DNA of 62,727 bases, the filler included, from Choristocarpus tenellus KU-1152 (Eukaryota > Protista > Phaeophyceae), in assembly GCA_964200185.2 (NCBI GenBank). It is 9 parts of 9 records of this genome, joined end to end, with 100 filler letters (N's around TTAATTAATTAA, not from the genome) between each part and the next. Parts side by side here need not be neighbours in the genome. Positions count along the whole stretch, not along the records: positions 1 to 8,902 come from CAXNAD020004210.1; positions 9,003 to 12,670 come from CAXNAD020018618.1; 7 more parts are not named here. One strand, written 5' to 3'. A program made the translations under genes and the position numbers. Positions within the stretch are counted from its first letter, which is position 1; each line of letters begins with the position of its first letter. The notes under the pieces were generated by a model that was not told where the DNA came from, did not search any database, and saw only the letters and a list, made by a program, of their open reading frames with translations. Below are positions 1-12,670 of the stretch, piece after piece.

Positions 1-132
1 TTTTCATGTCGCGATTTTGGGGTGATTTGAATCCATACTTCGGATGGATAATGAAAGTGCACGTTTCCTGGTATAACCCAAATGGACACCCTGGTGTAGA
101 CCCCCGCCCCCCCCCTCCAGATACTTTGGGCC
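1..132. mobile_element. MITE family A, right part
   Basis: Ends CCAGATACTTTGGGCC; interior matches 25005-25168. Confidence 0.75.
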
Positions 133-580
133 TGTGCACATAAATAAATGCCTGTGTCAGTGTGTATGTCGTGCGAGTGGGTGGGTGGGTGGGTGGGGGG
201 TGGGGTGTCCCCTATTATATACGCTTGTGTTGTATGTGTGTTTTCATAACATAGGTGTAGTGGCGAGGAAGTAGCAGTCTGACAGCCATAAAATTTGATG
301 TGAAAGGGGAATGGTGTGATGCTAAGAGGTGGTCCACACCAAAGGAGGTAAGGCATTGTGGTGGCAAGTGTCACAGACATACACTTTGGTAAGGGTGTTG
401 TCGTTCGGTGGTGCGTGGCACCTGGGATTGTTGACGGGTAGGGGGGTATAGATAAAGTAATATACAAGAAAGGTGCGATGTGTTGTGGTGTGAGTGCCCT
501 GTAGCAGACATATCACGAAAATGCGTAGCTGTTGCTGCGTGTTTACATAGAAGGAACTGATAGAGTGCTCCCGAACCTTG

Positions 581-839
581 GAGTCAAAGTATCTTAGAGG
601 GTAGAGCCGCATCCATTTGAGGTCCAAAATCCATGTTGCAATTTTGATTTAATTTTGGCTATCATGTTTGTTAGGAAATGTCAATGTCCTTGTTCCAGAC
701 ACACTTTTTTCATAACATACACATTTTACCTACTCTGAAACATTTTGGAGTAGGTAAAATATTATTGAAAACCCATGGGAAGCCCCAAAATGGACAAACA
801 GGGAAAAACTCGTACCCTAACCCTAAGATGCTTTCACTC
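581..839. mobile_element. MITE family B
   Basis: TIR GAGTCAAAGTATCTTAGAGGG / CCCTAAGATGCTTTCACTC; interior shared with several other copies in the window. Confidence 0.85.
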
Positions 840-1067
840 CTTACTTTGCACGTTTAATAGTGGACCAGAAGAGTAGTATATTGGAGTTGTTCTATAACCA
901 GATGTGTACGGACGGACGGTGAAGAACAGATGAAGACGTGCACTTGAATGAAGTGACAGAAGGAATGACAATCACGTGGGTCCTACAGTATGCACATTCC
1001 CAAACAGTATTCCCGTCATATGGCATACGCCTGTCTCAGGTTGAGTACGATTGCCTTTTCCACTAAC

Positions 1068-1310
1068 GAGTCAATGTAAACGAGAGGTACCATACGGATG
1101 CTGACAAATACTTGCAAAATGCGGCTTTTTTCACAAATGTGTAGAGGATGATATGTTGTGAATTGTGTGAGGAGTTTTTTAAACAATAGAGAAATGAACG
1201 CTTTCAACGTCAAACTTAGGACTTTATCCGTAGAAATTGTAAAAGATTGAAACATAGACTTCAAAATGCAAATCACCCTCAACTTGGGTACCTCTCGTTT
1301 ACTTTGGATC
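1068..1310. mobile_element. MITE family C
   Basis: TIR GAGTCAATGTAAACGAGAGGTACC / GGTACCTCTCGTTTACTTTGGATC; homologous in inverted orientation to 48650-48896. Confidence 0.85.
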
Positions 1311-3895
1311 GACAAAACGACGGTATTATTCCAATTAATATGCGAAAACACAGTTATCGGAATGCATTATTTTGATCCTATTATACTTATCCACTGTTCT
1401 GGATGCCGAAACTAAGAAGGAGGCATGAGTTCTTGTTGGTCATGGCCTCCTCATTTGCTTTTGTGGTGAATGTCACATTCTTAACATAAAAAAATATTTT
1501 GATCATGTGCACTAGGCTGCAACCCCTCAATTTGTAATCATTCGTATATTTATAAATATATATATTCCCAGAGAAGGAGGAGTACTGCAAGGAATTATAC
1601 CTTGCACATCGCCGAAAACTCTGTAAGAGGAACTTCTGTGGGCTGCAAAGGCAATGATACGCAATCTCCAGAAATGACCCTATTCCTAAAGTGGATTGTT
1701 AAATCATCCCCCCAAGCCAACTCCAAACAAAGACCATTTTACAAGCAAACAAGCTGGGAAGCACCGTCGGACAGAGCACCAAAACATTCAACATGCAGCA
1801 GAAGCAGAGTATTGCTATGGGGGTTGTAAGGTCCCTGGTAGTGGCTCATTCTCCAGTTTGCTGCGCCTTTGTCTTACATACAGAAAGTGTCCCCCCACAG
1901 AGCAGGGCGAAGAAAAAAACGTAATTCCAAAGCAAAAAAGATTCGATAGAAATGATTAAATTCCCCTCCAACAAGTGGAAGTATGCAACCAAGTGCACAA
2001 CACAGGGTCAGTATCTGCACAAGGATTCTACCTACAGAGAGGGGGAGCAGCTCTGCACCCATTCCAAAGTCCTGGGTGCACGAAATCAAACTGGCAAACT
2101 CAATACTCTTGTGACATCTCGACCTTAAATGGACACACGTTTCCCAGGTAAGGGTGGGGAACTGGGGTTAGGGCATAGACGGAGTTGAGAGATAATCTCT
2201 AGGCAACTACTCGGCTGAGGGAGGTGTCCAAGGGTCTCTACTGGTGCGCAATCTCGGGGGGGGGGGGACTGTCTGAAGGGACACCTTTGTGAATATCACC
2301 ACTGCTGTCATAATTCTCCCACTACTACCACTATTACTACTCAAGCACTAAGAATTTAATAAAGGTCAGGGATATGACGTTAGGTAAGGTTTATCCGGTC
2401 CAATTCCCAAGTTCTTGTCAGGGGTCCACTTCACTTTGAAGAATGTACCATAATCTGAAGGAACTGTGTTCCAGAGGCCTACAATAAGATTATTGATTAG
2501 AAATAGTCTGACTAATACTAATAGACAAACCGTACTGGTACTGAACACAGTACTGTACTGTCTTCTACCACCATTGTTACATCTCATTCTGCAACACAAA
2601 GGTATAACGTACGTCTACGTACTGGTTGTACTTTTGTCCCACAAGATCAATATCCCAGACTGCCACGCTCATGGTCGTGCTGCGATGCTGATACTTCATA
2701 CATAGGACATCTTGAAACTCTAGCTATAACCATCAACATCCATGTGTAGCCCATTAGCTCTCTACTCTCCAAGGCTTTTAAAGTCCTTGGTAGATGTAGG
2801 GTATTCAATATGCTTGGCGTTACAAAAGTCTAATCTAGTCTGGTTTTAGCTTCTGTATTGTTTGGTGTGTCAGGGCTTCCAAGAGGTCGGGATAAAAGCT
2901 CTGCTTCTTCCCCGCTTCAGCGTAGCTAGATCCTTACCTATAGTTTCTCTTGGGGTCTCTTCTCGGTACAACGTATTACGTGATCTGCTCCTCTGCAGAT
3001 AGATAACTATGGAAACTACGAACACCGTACCATATAGTAGGTGTACCTGCATCGTGCGCATAAATTCAACTATAGAGTAGTGTGTAGCAGCAACAGGGGA
3101 AAAAAGTTGTCACATTGCAGGCACTACCGTAACGATTGAAAACAATAACGAGAAAATCTTCGGTATCGCTGCAGGGAGTGAGTGGTGTAAGTCCAGGAAG
3201 CCTGATGCATTTCAATGGCAGGGTTGAGTAATCCTATAAATCATCAAGTGAAACAGCCCAAGCATTCAGCATACCGAGAGCAAAAGCTTACTACATATCT
3301 GGTAATCTTGCCAGGGTGGTACGATCCCCAGTGCAACACAAAGGGCCCTGTTGTCACTGTCGCAGAAATAAACACAAAACCAGTATCCCCAGTCATACAT
3401 ACTATATCAGGTCGTTTTCCCCTCCTCCTTGCCTTGTTGACTTGGACTTGGAACCCCTACCACAAAGCGCTACGGTCCCCTGTTTTTACTCTACTCGATT
3501 ATGAATTATTTTGCACTAGGTTGCTCAGGAACCTTGCTCCGTTTTGTTTTGCTCCTTGCTTGGTGTGTTTTGGGATAAGGGACTCCTGCCTATTGATCTC
3601 CATGCCATTCTTATTACTTACCTAGAGATCACCGCTGATAACAAGTTCAAAGTTAGGGTGCCCACAAACCTCTCTCTACCTGCCTTGGTTTGCCTTGTTC
3701 AGGAGTGTTACTATCTCTTGTGTCGATGTCCTTACTTTCATCTACTGAGTCACTAACATTTTCGATTGGCGTCGGTGCAGGAATAATAATATTCGACCGT
3801 CCAACCATCCATCCTAAATCAACTCCAAAAAAGGACTGGCGGGGGTGGTTCAGTCCCGGTAGTCAGGCCCTCCGTGAGGAGAACCTCGTGGCAAG

Positions 3896-6800
3896 ATGAA
3901 CAAGCTTAACAGCGAACTAGTAAGCAAGGCTGTGGATGATATCCTCGCCTACTCTAAGGGGGAAACCATCAAGAAGGGTGATGTTGAGGTCACCGGCAAG
4001 CAGCGCAAGTTCACCGAGTCCATCGAGATCCAGGCGAGTTGCTTGGAACAAGCATGTAGCTGGTGTGGACTTCGACTTCCTTGCGCCTTCCTAAAATTTA
4101 TCTTCGGCTTAGAGGAATTATTTACGGGGTATTAGAGAAATACCTTGCACTTGTCTTTCACATAACATGTGTGTCTACGGAAGTACTCATATATGATCAC
4201 TCTTCTCGTCCCACAACTCGACACTACCCTATTGTTTGAGGGCTGTCCTTCTACAAGTTGCATCTCTATCATCACCTATGCACTTACACTTCCTCATGCA
4301 TTATGCCATCTTATTTGAACCACCTGAATAATAGCTTGCTTGACAAATCGCACTTGGCAGCTTCCTCTCAACTTTCAACCATTGACTACATCGTTGCGTT
4401 TTTAGGTGACCCTGAAGAACTACGACCCCCAGCGTGACAAGCGTTTCTCCGGAACATTCAAGCTGCCCACCATCCCACGGTGAGAGCAAACCACCGAGGA
4501 AATCCTTACTCAAGAAGCCTCTTTGTAGGTACCAGGAATGATACCTGGTTCATTGCCTGAATTTGGACTGTGCCACCCCTCTCCGACTCACTCGTCACAC
4601 CCTAAAATTTTTCGTCGCCTCTTCCGTTCTCTATTTCCTGGCCTCAGTCCCAAGATGAAGGTGTGCATGCTAGGTAATGCGGTGCACTGCGAGCAGGTGA
4701 GTCCACAGAGGATGTCAGGTTGTCGAATGGGGAAGAGGATTTGCTCGGGCAGGTCAGGACAAGGAAGAGTATAATTTTTGAAATCACAAGCTAGGATGGA
4801 GCAAAGAAAGCTATCGAAGTGGATAAGGTGATACCGGTGCACTTGGTGGACACGCTGAGTATATTTACACCTCTGGAGCACGAGTTCGTGAGCAAGAAAT
4901 GTCCTGTATTTTGCGTAGACTTGTCGGTGTGAAGAGAAAGAACAATGCTCGTTATATGGGGGTGTCGTGCCTAATGCAAAGGATAATGTTGTATATGTGG
5001 GTATGAGCAGGTGGGGTTTTGAGTTTGTTTCCCTTTGCAGGCAGAGTTGGATCGAGTTCCGTCACGCTTGCTGCTCATACCCGAGATTTACCTTCATCGA
5101 GGCCTACATTCATAAGTGCAATTGCTGTGTCGGGAAACTTTGTGCTCTGTGTGTTTGTTCACCACCAGGCCGAGCAGATTGGCCTGGACAAGATGTCGGT
5201 GGAGGACCTTAAAAAGTTCAACAAGAACAAGAAGGTGATCAAGAAGTTTGCCAAGAAGTACGACGCGTTCCTGGCATCGGACTCCCTCATCAAGCAGGTA
5301 CGGTAGTGGCAGGCCTACGCGTAGACCTTCCGACCGGTATCTCTCTAAGAACCGAAGAGTAGTTCATGAAGAGCTGGATACAGTTAGGATTGGACATTCT
5401 AAAAAGCCCCTTGTGGTGGTGGTTCATGGTGGTTGTCAAGGGAGAATGGATCGCAACGCGTCTGCATGTAGAAATTCGAAAAATAAAAAAATAGTAGTTT
5501 GTCCATCAAGAGCCAGTCACAGTTAGGATCGACGTTCAACTACCGCATAATGCTGTTTTTTGTTTTGTTTTTTTATGATATCTGTGTAGAGAGAACGGAT
5601 CCCAATGCGTTGTTGTGCTCATCAAATTTACAAGGACGATACAAACTGGGAAGGCATGTATCGGTCTTCCGCTTGACGCAAGAGGGGAGCAGTACTAGAT
5701 TGAGTAGTAGAAGTGGAAACAAAATGGGTTAGGGTTAGGGTTAGGGTTGATGTTGATGTTGCACTTAAATGTTGAAAGCACTACGCCACTCTCAGTCAAG
5801 AGGTTTGGTGAATATAAGCTAGATTTGTTTGGGGGGAGGTCCCCTAGTGGACCCCGAACAGTGAGCTTTGCTTGCATGGCGTGGTGATATTTGAGTGTGG
5901 GGTGGTAGGAACACGAATGCTTTGCCTAGAGTTACCGTTCAAGTGGAAGGGTTTGCTAGGATATTTTTGTAGATGCACATTATACATTAATACACTTAAG
6001 AAAGAATCTTGTAACAAGCATGTGCTTGTTAAGCACATAGTTTTTGTTTTGTTTTGGTTGTGTGATTGACTTGGAGAAGTCTTGTTAGTGACTGGCTCAT
6101 TGTTGCTGGTGATGTAATTAGGTATCAAAATTTGATTTATATTCATTTGAAAAATGATATGTTTTCTTTTTTTTAGAAGTTGATCTTTTAGACTCGTCTG
6201 CCTAGGACAGCTCATTCTAGGTGCATTTTTTTGTTTTGCTTTATTTTCTTCTTGTATAAAGTGGTATTTTTCACCTGTAATGTATCATTTTTTAAAAATG
6301 TTTTTAAAGTCTGCGTGACTTTTGGATACATATTTATTTTCTGATTTTCTTGTCTTTTTCTGATTTTCTTAAAGTGTGGTAACTATGTTTTTTGTAAAAT
6401 GTACGTGACTTTTGTATGCACAGTTGTGTTAAAAAAATATGCTGTTGCATGTAACTGTTGAATAACCCCCTCCCTCTTCCTCTTTTGTGCTTTATGTGTT
6501 GGGCAGATCCCCCGTCTGCTTGGTCCTGGTCTCACGAAGGCGGGTAAGTTCCCCACCCTGGTCAATGCTGGTGACAACCTTCAGAACAAGGTGGACACTG
6601 TTCGTGCCACCATCAAGTTCCAGATGAAGAAGGTATGTGTGTGCTGCATTTGGATGTGTTTGTAACTGTCATTGGAAAAAAAAGTGGAGAGGACTGAGAC
6701 TTGAACCAGGGACATAACTGTAATGAAGTAAAGAGGTGGATGTGTTTGTAACTGTCAATGGAAAAAAAGTAGAGAGGACTGAGACTTGAACCAAGGACAT

Positions 6801-7957
6801 GACTAATAAAGCACAGGAACGAGCAAAGTAGAAAATACCATGTTTTGATGCGTTTGATTTTAGGTTCGAAATAGACTTTTTGCGGTTTTGATTCTCTAGT
6901 GTTAGCGACGGAGTGTAGTCTATGAGGAAAATGTCTGGAAATGTTTTTGTGGTCTTCTGAACAGAATTTTATGCAAGAGCTTTTGTGATTCATACGAGTT
7001 AAAATGATTCAAATTTTTCATTCTTTTCAGTTTGGTTGAACCGATACAATAATTCTATTGGACACCTCTGGTATATTGGGTTAATTTACATGGAGATGTT
7101 TTATTTTGTTGATGAAAATCAATTTTGTGTCCTTATTGGAGTAGTAAAGTAGGACATGCTGTGCCTTTTTCTTCTTCTGATGTAGGTGATTTGGATTGGT
7201 TGATGCGTTCTAGAGTTTGGTGAAATTAGGAAGGCATTATGACTGTAGCCAAAGGTTACGTTGCAGAAATACACCTCGAAGGTTAGATGAAGTAAAAAAA
7301 ATAAGTAAATTCTGAAGGGTTAGGAGCAGCAGTACCAAACCCTCCTCCCCCAGCCTCTTCGAAGAATCTAAAGTGAGACAAAGACTGTAGGGTTTGTTTG
7401 ATTGATAGGTATGCTTCATCCAAGACTCTGTTTGAATACAGGAGTCTCACCATTGAGAGGTAGTGAGTGAGTGAGTGGGTGGGATGCTTCACAAGTGAGA
7501 CCCAACAAGCCTTCCAATATGTCCGAGTTGACCCAACTGTCATGTGTCTGTTGTTTCAATCAATGAAAGCTTTATGTATGGAAGGCGTGGATATTTTGAC
7601 GAGGTGGGACATGAAGTAATGTTCCTGTTTGTGCAGAGCCTCAAATCGTTCACCGTGGAAGATGGGATGAACTATTTTGAGTCTAGGGTTAAGGTTCTTA
7701 CGACAGCCATGGCGGTGATGATTGCCATGGTTTCAGAGCACATGATGAGGTTTCGTATTCAGGAGTGGTGACCAAGAAACTTTTGTGCTTACATCAAGAA
7801 CTAACCAATTTTTTTAATATTTATTTATATTTAGGTGATGTGTCTCTCTGTGGCTGTGGCCAATGTGGAGCAGTCTAAGGAGGAAATTGAGCTCAACATC
7901 CAGCTTGCGGCAAACTTCCTTGCTTCTCTTCTTAAGAAGAACTGGCAGAACATCAAG
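3896..7957 (+). CDS. RPL10A: 60S ribosomal protein L10a (uL1); exons 3896-4033, 4406-4479, 4648-4696, 5169-5297, 6507-6632, 7835-7957; last short exon not found before the contig ends
   Basis: Spliced translation gives ...[10 protein letters not shown]|[25 protein letters not shown]|[16 protein letters not shown]|AEQIGL...[15 protein letters not shown]|[16 protein letters not shown]...IKFQMKK|VMCLSVAV...[15 protein letters not shown]. All splice phases are compatible; intron 1 is GC-AG, the rest GT-AG. Confidence 0.97.
6651..6805. repeat. Two-copy tandem duplication (~86-nt period) in RPL10a intron 5
   Basis: GGATGTGTTTGTAACTGTCA...GAGAGGACTGAGACTTGAACCA occurs twice. Confidence 0.9.
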
Positions 7958-8902
7958 GTGAGTGGGTCAGGGGGACTCTACTCTGTTGATGGTGTTGTGG
8001 GTAGTCCAATTTCGATGTGCTAGCATGTTTCATGTTTCGACTCTGTTGAGAGTTGAGGGTGTTTGGTCTATGTAATGTTGGTGTGGTGTGCATGGGATGC
8101 AGTTTCTAAGATGTGTTTGAGGAGGCGTGTTTGTGTGTGTTTGGATATTTAGAAAGTGGTTGTTAGTAGTGTAGATGACTCTTGTTTTTTTGTTTTTTTT
8201 GAAGATGTTTGAATGTGAAGGTGACATGGGTAAAGGAGTAGTGGTTCAAGGGTGTGGAGTTTTAGTGGTAATGAAGTCTTTTTTTGACCTGTGGTTGCGG
8301 TCATGGAAAGGTTTTTTATACTCATAGTCAGTTATTTGGGTTTAGGTGAACTGTTTGACGTATGTGCTGTGTTGTGGTGTAAGAGGTACAAGCCCACATT
8401 TGAGTTGAGGATGTTTTTCAGGTTGTTGAACATTTAAGGTTGAGAATGTTCATCTTTGTTATGTTGAGTGTGTTAAGTACTGAGTTGTTGCAGTATAGTC
8501 AACTTAATGGCATGTCATAGTACAATATGTGTTCACCTGTATTGTGATTATATGTAATGAGGAATGTGACACTTACAACCAACCTCTGGTAGCATAGTTA
8601 TTGATTCAATGCTTTCTTTTCCTAAGTAATGAGAAAGTTCCTGAGATTCTAACGTGTTTTCCGTTTTGCCATGGTGCTTCTCAGGGCTCATATTTCCTCA
8701 TTTGAGTCAATACTTACCATTGTGTAATTCATATATAGCCAAGGCGAACACCCAATTATTCACTGCCAGCTGTTACATTATTCCCTCCTGTCGTGATATC
8801 ACTTTGAAGATCAATGGTCACCTTCTCTTCCCCTCCCCCCCCCCCCCCCCAAAACGATTTTTTGGTGTGGTATTTGGAAGGACAAATGGGGGCCGGGTAC
8901 CC

Positions 8903-9002
8903 NNNNNNNNNNNNNNNNNNNNNNNNNNNNNNNNNNNNNNNNNNNNTTAATTAATTAANNNNNNNNNNNNNNNNNNNNNNNNNNNNNNNNNNNNNNNNNN
9001 NN
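8903..9002. other. Artificial contig linker (N-TTAATTAATTAA-N, stops in six frames), one of eight identical linkers
   Basis: The same 100-nt structure occurs at 12671, 16789, 21642, 27716, 35962, 52163 and 56028. Confidence 0.98.
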
Positions 9003-9889
9003 CAAAACAACCATCCTCATAGTCCTGCACCATCCTCAATTTTGAGAAATCCCTGTTATTTGGTTTGTCTCTTCAGCATTATGAGGATTAAGATCAACCG
9101 ACTACGTATAAGGAGCACGGTGAAATATTTCCTCCAAGATTCTATGATGGATCCTTGCTCCCTGAGTAGCCGTCCAGACTCTTCATGTATGTATGTGGTA
9201 ATGGCCTCTCACATTTGGTTCTTCTCTCAATATTGAAGTTTTTGACGTGTTGGTAGAAACCACACTCATGAAATTATGATAAAAAAAATTAATGAATGGG
9301 TGTTGAAGTTATGGTTGGACAACCCCTTATATCGAAATAATTGTAGGAATATTAATAGTATATTTATGAGTCAGTATAGGTGGTGGGTGCATAGAAGAAA
9401 TCAATTTTGGTTCTTCAACAACAATGTTCTACACCTCCATCCTCCATCTCTGAGTCATTATATATTATATTTTTTATTTTATACCCTCTTACCTTTTGGA
9501 AGTGTGGGGAAGACGGAAAATATCGAAATGTAGGTTAGACAAATCTTTTATTGAAGTTCTACGCACCTTCCTCTTAGTCTTTATATATTGCTTACTACCT
9601 GTCATGCCCTCGTACATTTTGCAAGTGTGTGAGGGGACAGAAAGGACCGAGATCTAGGTCGAACATTTTATTGAAGTGTAATTGTTGTCAAAAGCAATCC
9701 ATAACTTTTTACAAAAAATAAATCTAAACACGATTTATCTGTTACAATATATATAGGATGTATGTTGTACCATTGGCTGTTACAGATTGGTTGGAATGTT
9801 AATCAGGTATGAACGTGGTTGTGCCATCGTGTGCGTATTATGCCGGCTGAAATTTCGTAAATATTCCCAAGATGTGTCACAACTCACGC

Positions 9890-10030
9890 AGTGGAGGGAT
9901 AAAGAAAGAGGTTGTGACAAGCATAATAGTAAGAGAAAAACGAGACTGCATATCCATATTTAGTGGAGGGATAAAGAAAGAGGTTGTGACAAGCATAGTT
10001 AGAGAAAAACGAGACTGCATATCCATATTT
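9890..10030. repeat. Two-copy tandem duplication (~72-nt period)
   Basis: AGTGGAGGGATAAAGAAAGAGGTTGTGACAAGCATA...CGAGACTGCATATCCATATTT occurs twice. Confidence 0.92.
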
Positions 10031-11424
10031 GAAATCTCAGTTACCAATTTTAGCTCAGTATTCATTACATATTAATATGCTCGCTGACATCTTTCGGATA
10101 TCTTGGGGGGGATAGCAAAACACAAACTATATAACACTATTATTCTATGTACGAGAGCATCAACAGTAGTAGTTGTTGTCATTGCCAATACACCCCCCTA
10201 AAATGTACTATTTGGAAATTAATAATACGTTTTCGTCTTGAAGTTATTCTCTCTGTAAGTAGTGTGTAGAGTGCTGGTATGCTTTTCTGACCTAGACCCC
10301 TTCTTGCTCACCTACTTGGTATTTGTAGGTTGACAGGCTTGGCGCGTGTGAAGAGAGTGAGTTATTATGGAGTGATGAACACTATCTCAAAATGGACTTC
10401 CTACTTTTCTCCCCTATACTTTATGCAAGTTGTTGGAAAGGAACTTTAAATTACAAAGACAGATGTGTAATTGAAGTGAAAGGCAGAGAGAGATGTCGGT
10501 CACACATTACATCATACCCCTCGCTGATTTCCTCTCTTTCTCCCTACTTCCAACCCATACCTGGAACTTTTTCGTGCAAGCACAATATTTTACAAAATTA
10601 GTATTATTTTCTTTATGTTTCTTCTCCCTACGTGTCTTAAGAACAAAGTGCAAGAATCAAAATATTATAATGTGACGACGACAAACATAATTAGATATAA
10701 AAATGGGGGAGTATTTCAATACAATAAAAAGTTGATTGGTAGGCAAATTGTCAAAACATTGAGTTATGAACATTTAATGTAGTTGGAAGAAACTTATATT
10801 TCTATTTACTCGCAATACAAACAGATGTAGGTATATGGGAGAAAGGAGAACAGAATGACGAAGATTGGAACACGTTCATTGAATAGGACCATTTTTCTCC
10901 AATGAAAAATCCTCGCTTTGAAGTTATACGACACCAAAAGTATAGTTTGATTCGATACGGAGATGGTATCAGGTATCTAGACTGCAGTATTCATTTCCAA
11001 AATTGGTTCTTTCAAGTTTTACTATTCTTTTTCCAACTACCGTTCTCTTCTTCAGATCGAGGTAGTTTTTCACCTTCACCACCAACTTCCCACTGAAGGT
11101 GTGGAGCTGGTCAATTGTATGGAGGGTTGCAGTAACTCGACGCCACTTCCACATCAATCCACTCTACAGACCAAGTAGCCACAGCGTATTGTGTAGAGTG
11201 TAGCTTCAGAGACTCTATGTTGTTCGGAGAACATAATCCAAAGTTAGAGATTTGGAGTGGCTGTTGTTAGTACCTGTACGAGGTACTGGTGGTAAGGTGA
11301 GGCTTCAAGGTGTCAGCAGATCGTGTTGACGTTAGAAGACAGGGATCATCTGTGATCTGTCTCTTCTTTTTGAGCACAGCGGGGTGAACAAAAGATGGGA
11401 AACATCTTGTCTGCGTTTTGCCAG

Positions 11425-11583
11425 TTCAACTCTGACGCATATGTGGATGACGAGAGCGAGGTTGCCAAAGCTGAAACTAGGGACTTTGTTGTCGCGAAAC
11501 AGGCCATGAAACCTGCTTCGTCGAGGTATTGGGATGTTAAAGAGGATGGCAATGATGGTCTCGACACGTCTACAAAGGTGTGA
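11425..11583 (+). CDS. Possible terminal exon of an unidentified gene
   Basis: TTTTGCCAG acceptor followed by FNSDAYVDDESEVAKAETRDFVVAKQAMKPASSRYWDVKEDGNDGLDTSTKV*. No family recognised. Confidence 0.25.
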   Translation, partial: FNSDAYVDDESEVAKAETRDFVVAKQAMKPASSRYWDVKEDGNDGLDTSTKV

Positions 11584-12604
11584 TAAAAGTGGTTCAGGAG
11601 CTCTCTCGTTTGACATTTTCTTCCCCCCTTTTGACCTTGAAGGGCGAGATCGCGCAAGTTGCTGTACAGAGGAGTTTTCATACTGGCGATTAGTGGCTCC
11701 AGTTTTACTTAGCCAGCATTCCTTCAAGTAATTTGATCGCGGACCCTTGGTTGATGATACAGTATCGTATGAAAGTGTTAAGTCATCTCACCTAATAACT
11801 TTTTCGCTTGTTAATGGTGACGCGGTAGGGAACTGAGCTGTAGTGGTTCTTTTTAGGTCGTCAACTGACCACAGCAATCGATGCAGTATTGCGATACTTG
11901 GTTAACACTTCTTGTCCAGGACGGAAGAACTAGACCATCCATCGATGGAAATGAGTTTTTATCCCAGGGAACTAGACTGTATTGGTGAAGATGTGGCAGG
12001 AATGTCTACGCACATATTGTGTGGTTGCCAGGAACAGGAAAATATCCTACTGAAGTGCTTGTGCCCCGGCTGGGATGCTGAAGTTGCATATCCGAGTTTG
12101 TCATATCCTTTCCAATCCACTTGTCGTGCTACTTCATTCTCTGATTACTGTTGTTTACTCCACGTACTATCCCTCTTCCATCGTAAGAAGGCTCAACTTT
12201 TTTTTGCTGACCCCTCACCGCCCCCTTGTGCATGTGTAAAAAAAAAGCTTTCTTTTCACAGCCCTTGAGTGATTTCTTTTGGACTAGATCATTGTAACAA
12301 ACCTGACATTATTGCAATCGTTACAAATCCTAAATATAGGACGGTGGGCGTACCGGACGTCTTCTCTCCTCCGAGTTTGGGAGTGACAACTCGATTTCAC
12401 CGGAGAAAATGGAGAAGGCCCTGGCAAAAGTCAAGGGATCTATCTCATTTCGAAATCTTTCCTACGACCAACCTCCTATACACCTACATGCCAGCCCTAA
12501 GCCCATAGAAGAGGTGGATATCTTACAATAATTGTTTCAGGGAGAGGGGTGGTGAAGAGGAAGTGTTGAGCACTCAGGTTATGTTGCACCTAGGGATTGG
12601 AATT

Positions 12605-12670
12605 GGGTCAAAGTATCTTGGGGGGGTGTTGGCGTCCGTTTTTCACCCTTTTTTCGATTTTCACTTTTTT
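12605..12670. mobile_element. MITE family D left end, truncated by the contig end (also 35892-35961 and 16768-16788)
   Basis: GGGTCAAAGTATCTTGGGGGGG...GGCGTCCGTTTT...TTTTCGATTTTCAC is nearly identical at 12605 and 35892. Confidence 0.7.

Noticed and set aside
1390-3745. Possible minus-strand gene or decayed retroelement upstream of RPL10a
   Set aside because: There are scattered donor-like sites and short frames, but no consistent exon chain or recognisable motif.
8948-8959. Recurring TTAATTAATTAA palindrome between N runs, superficially a regularly spaced repeat array
   Set aside because: It is an artificial six-frame-stop linker used to concatenate contigs.
9890-10030. Direct repeats (also at 6651 and 57428) as CRISPR-like arrays
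   Set aside because: Only two abutting copies with no unique spacer series, in a eukaryotic context; these are simple tandem duplications.
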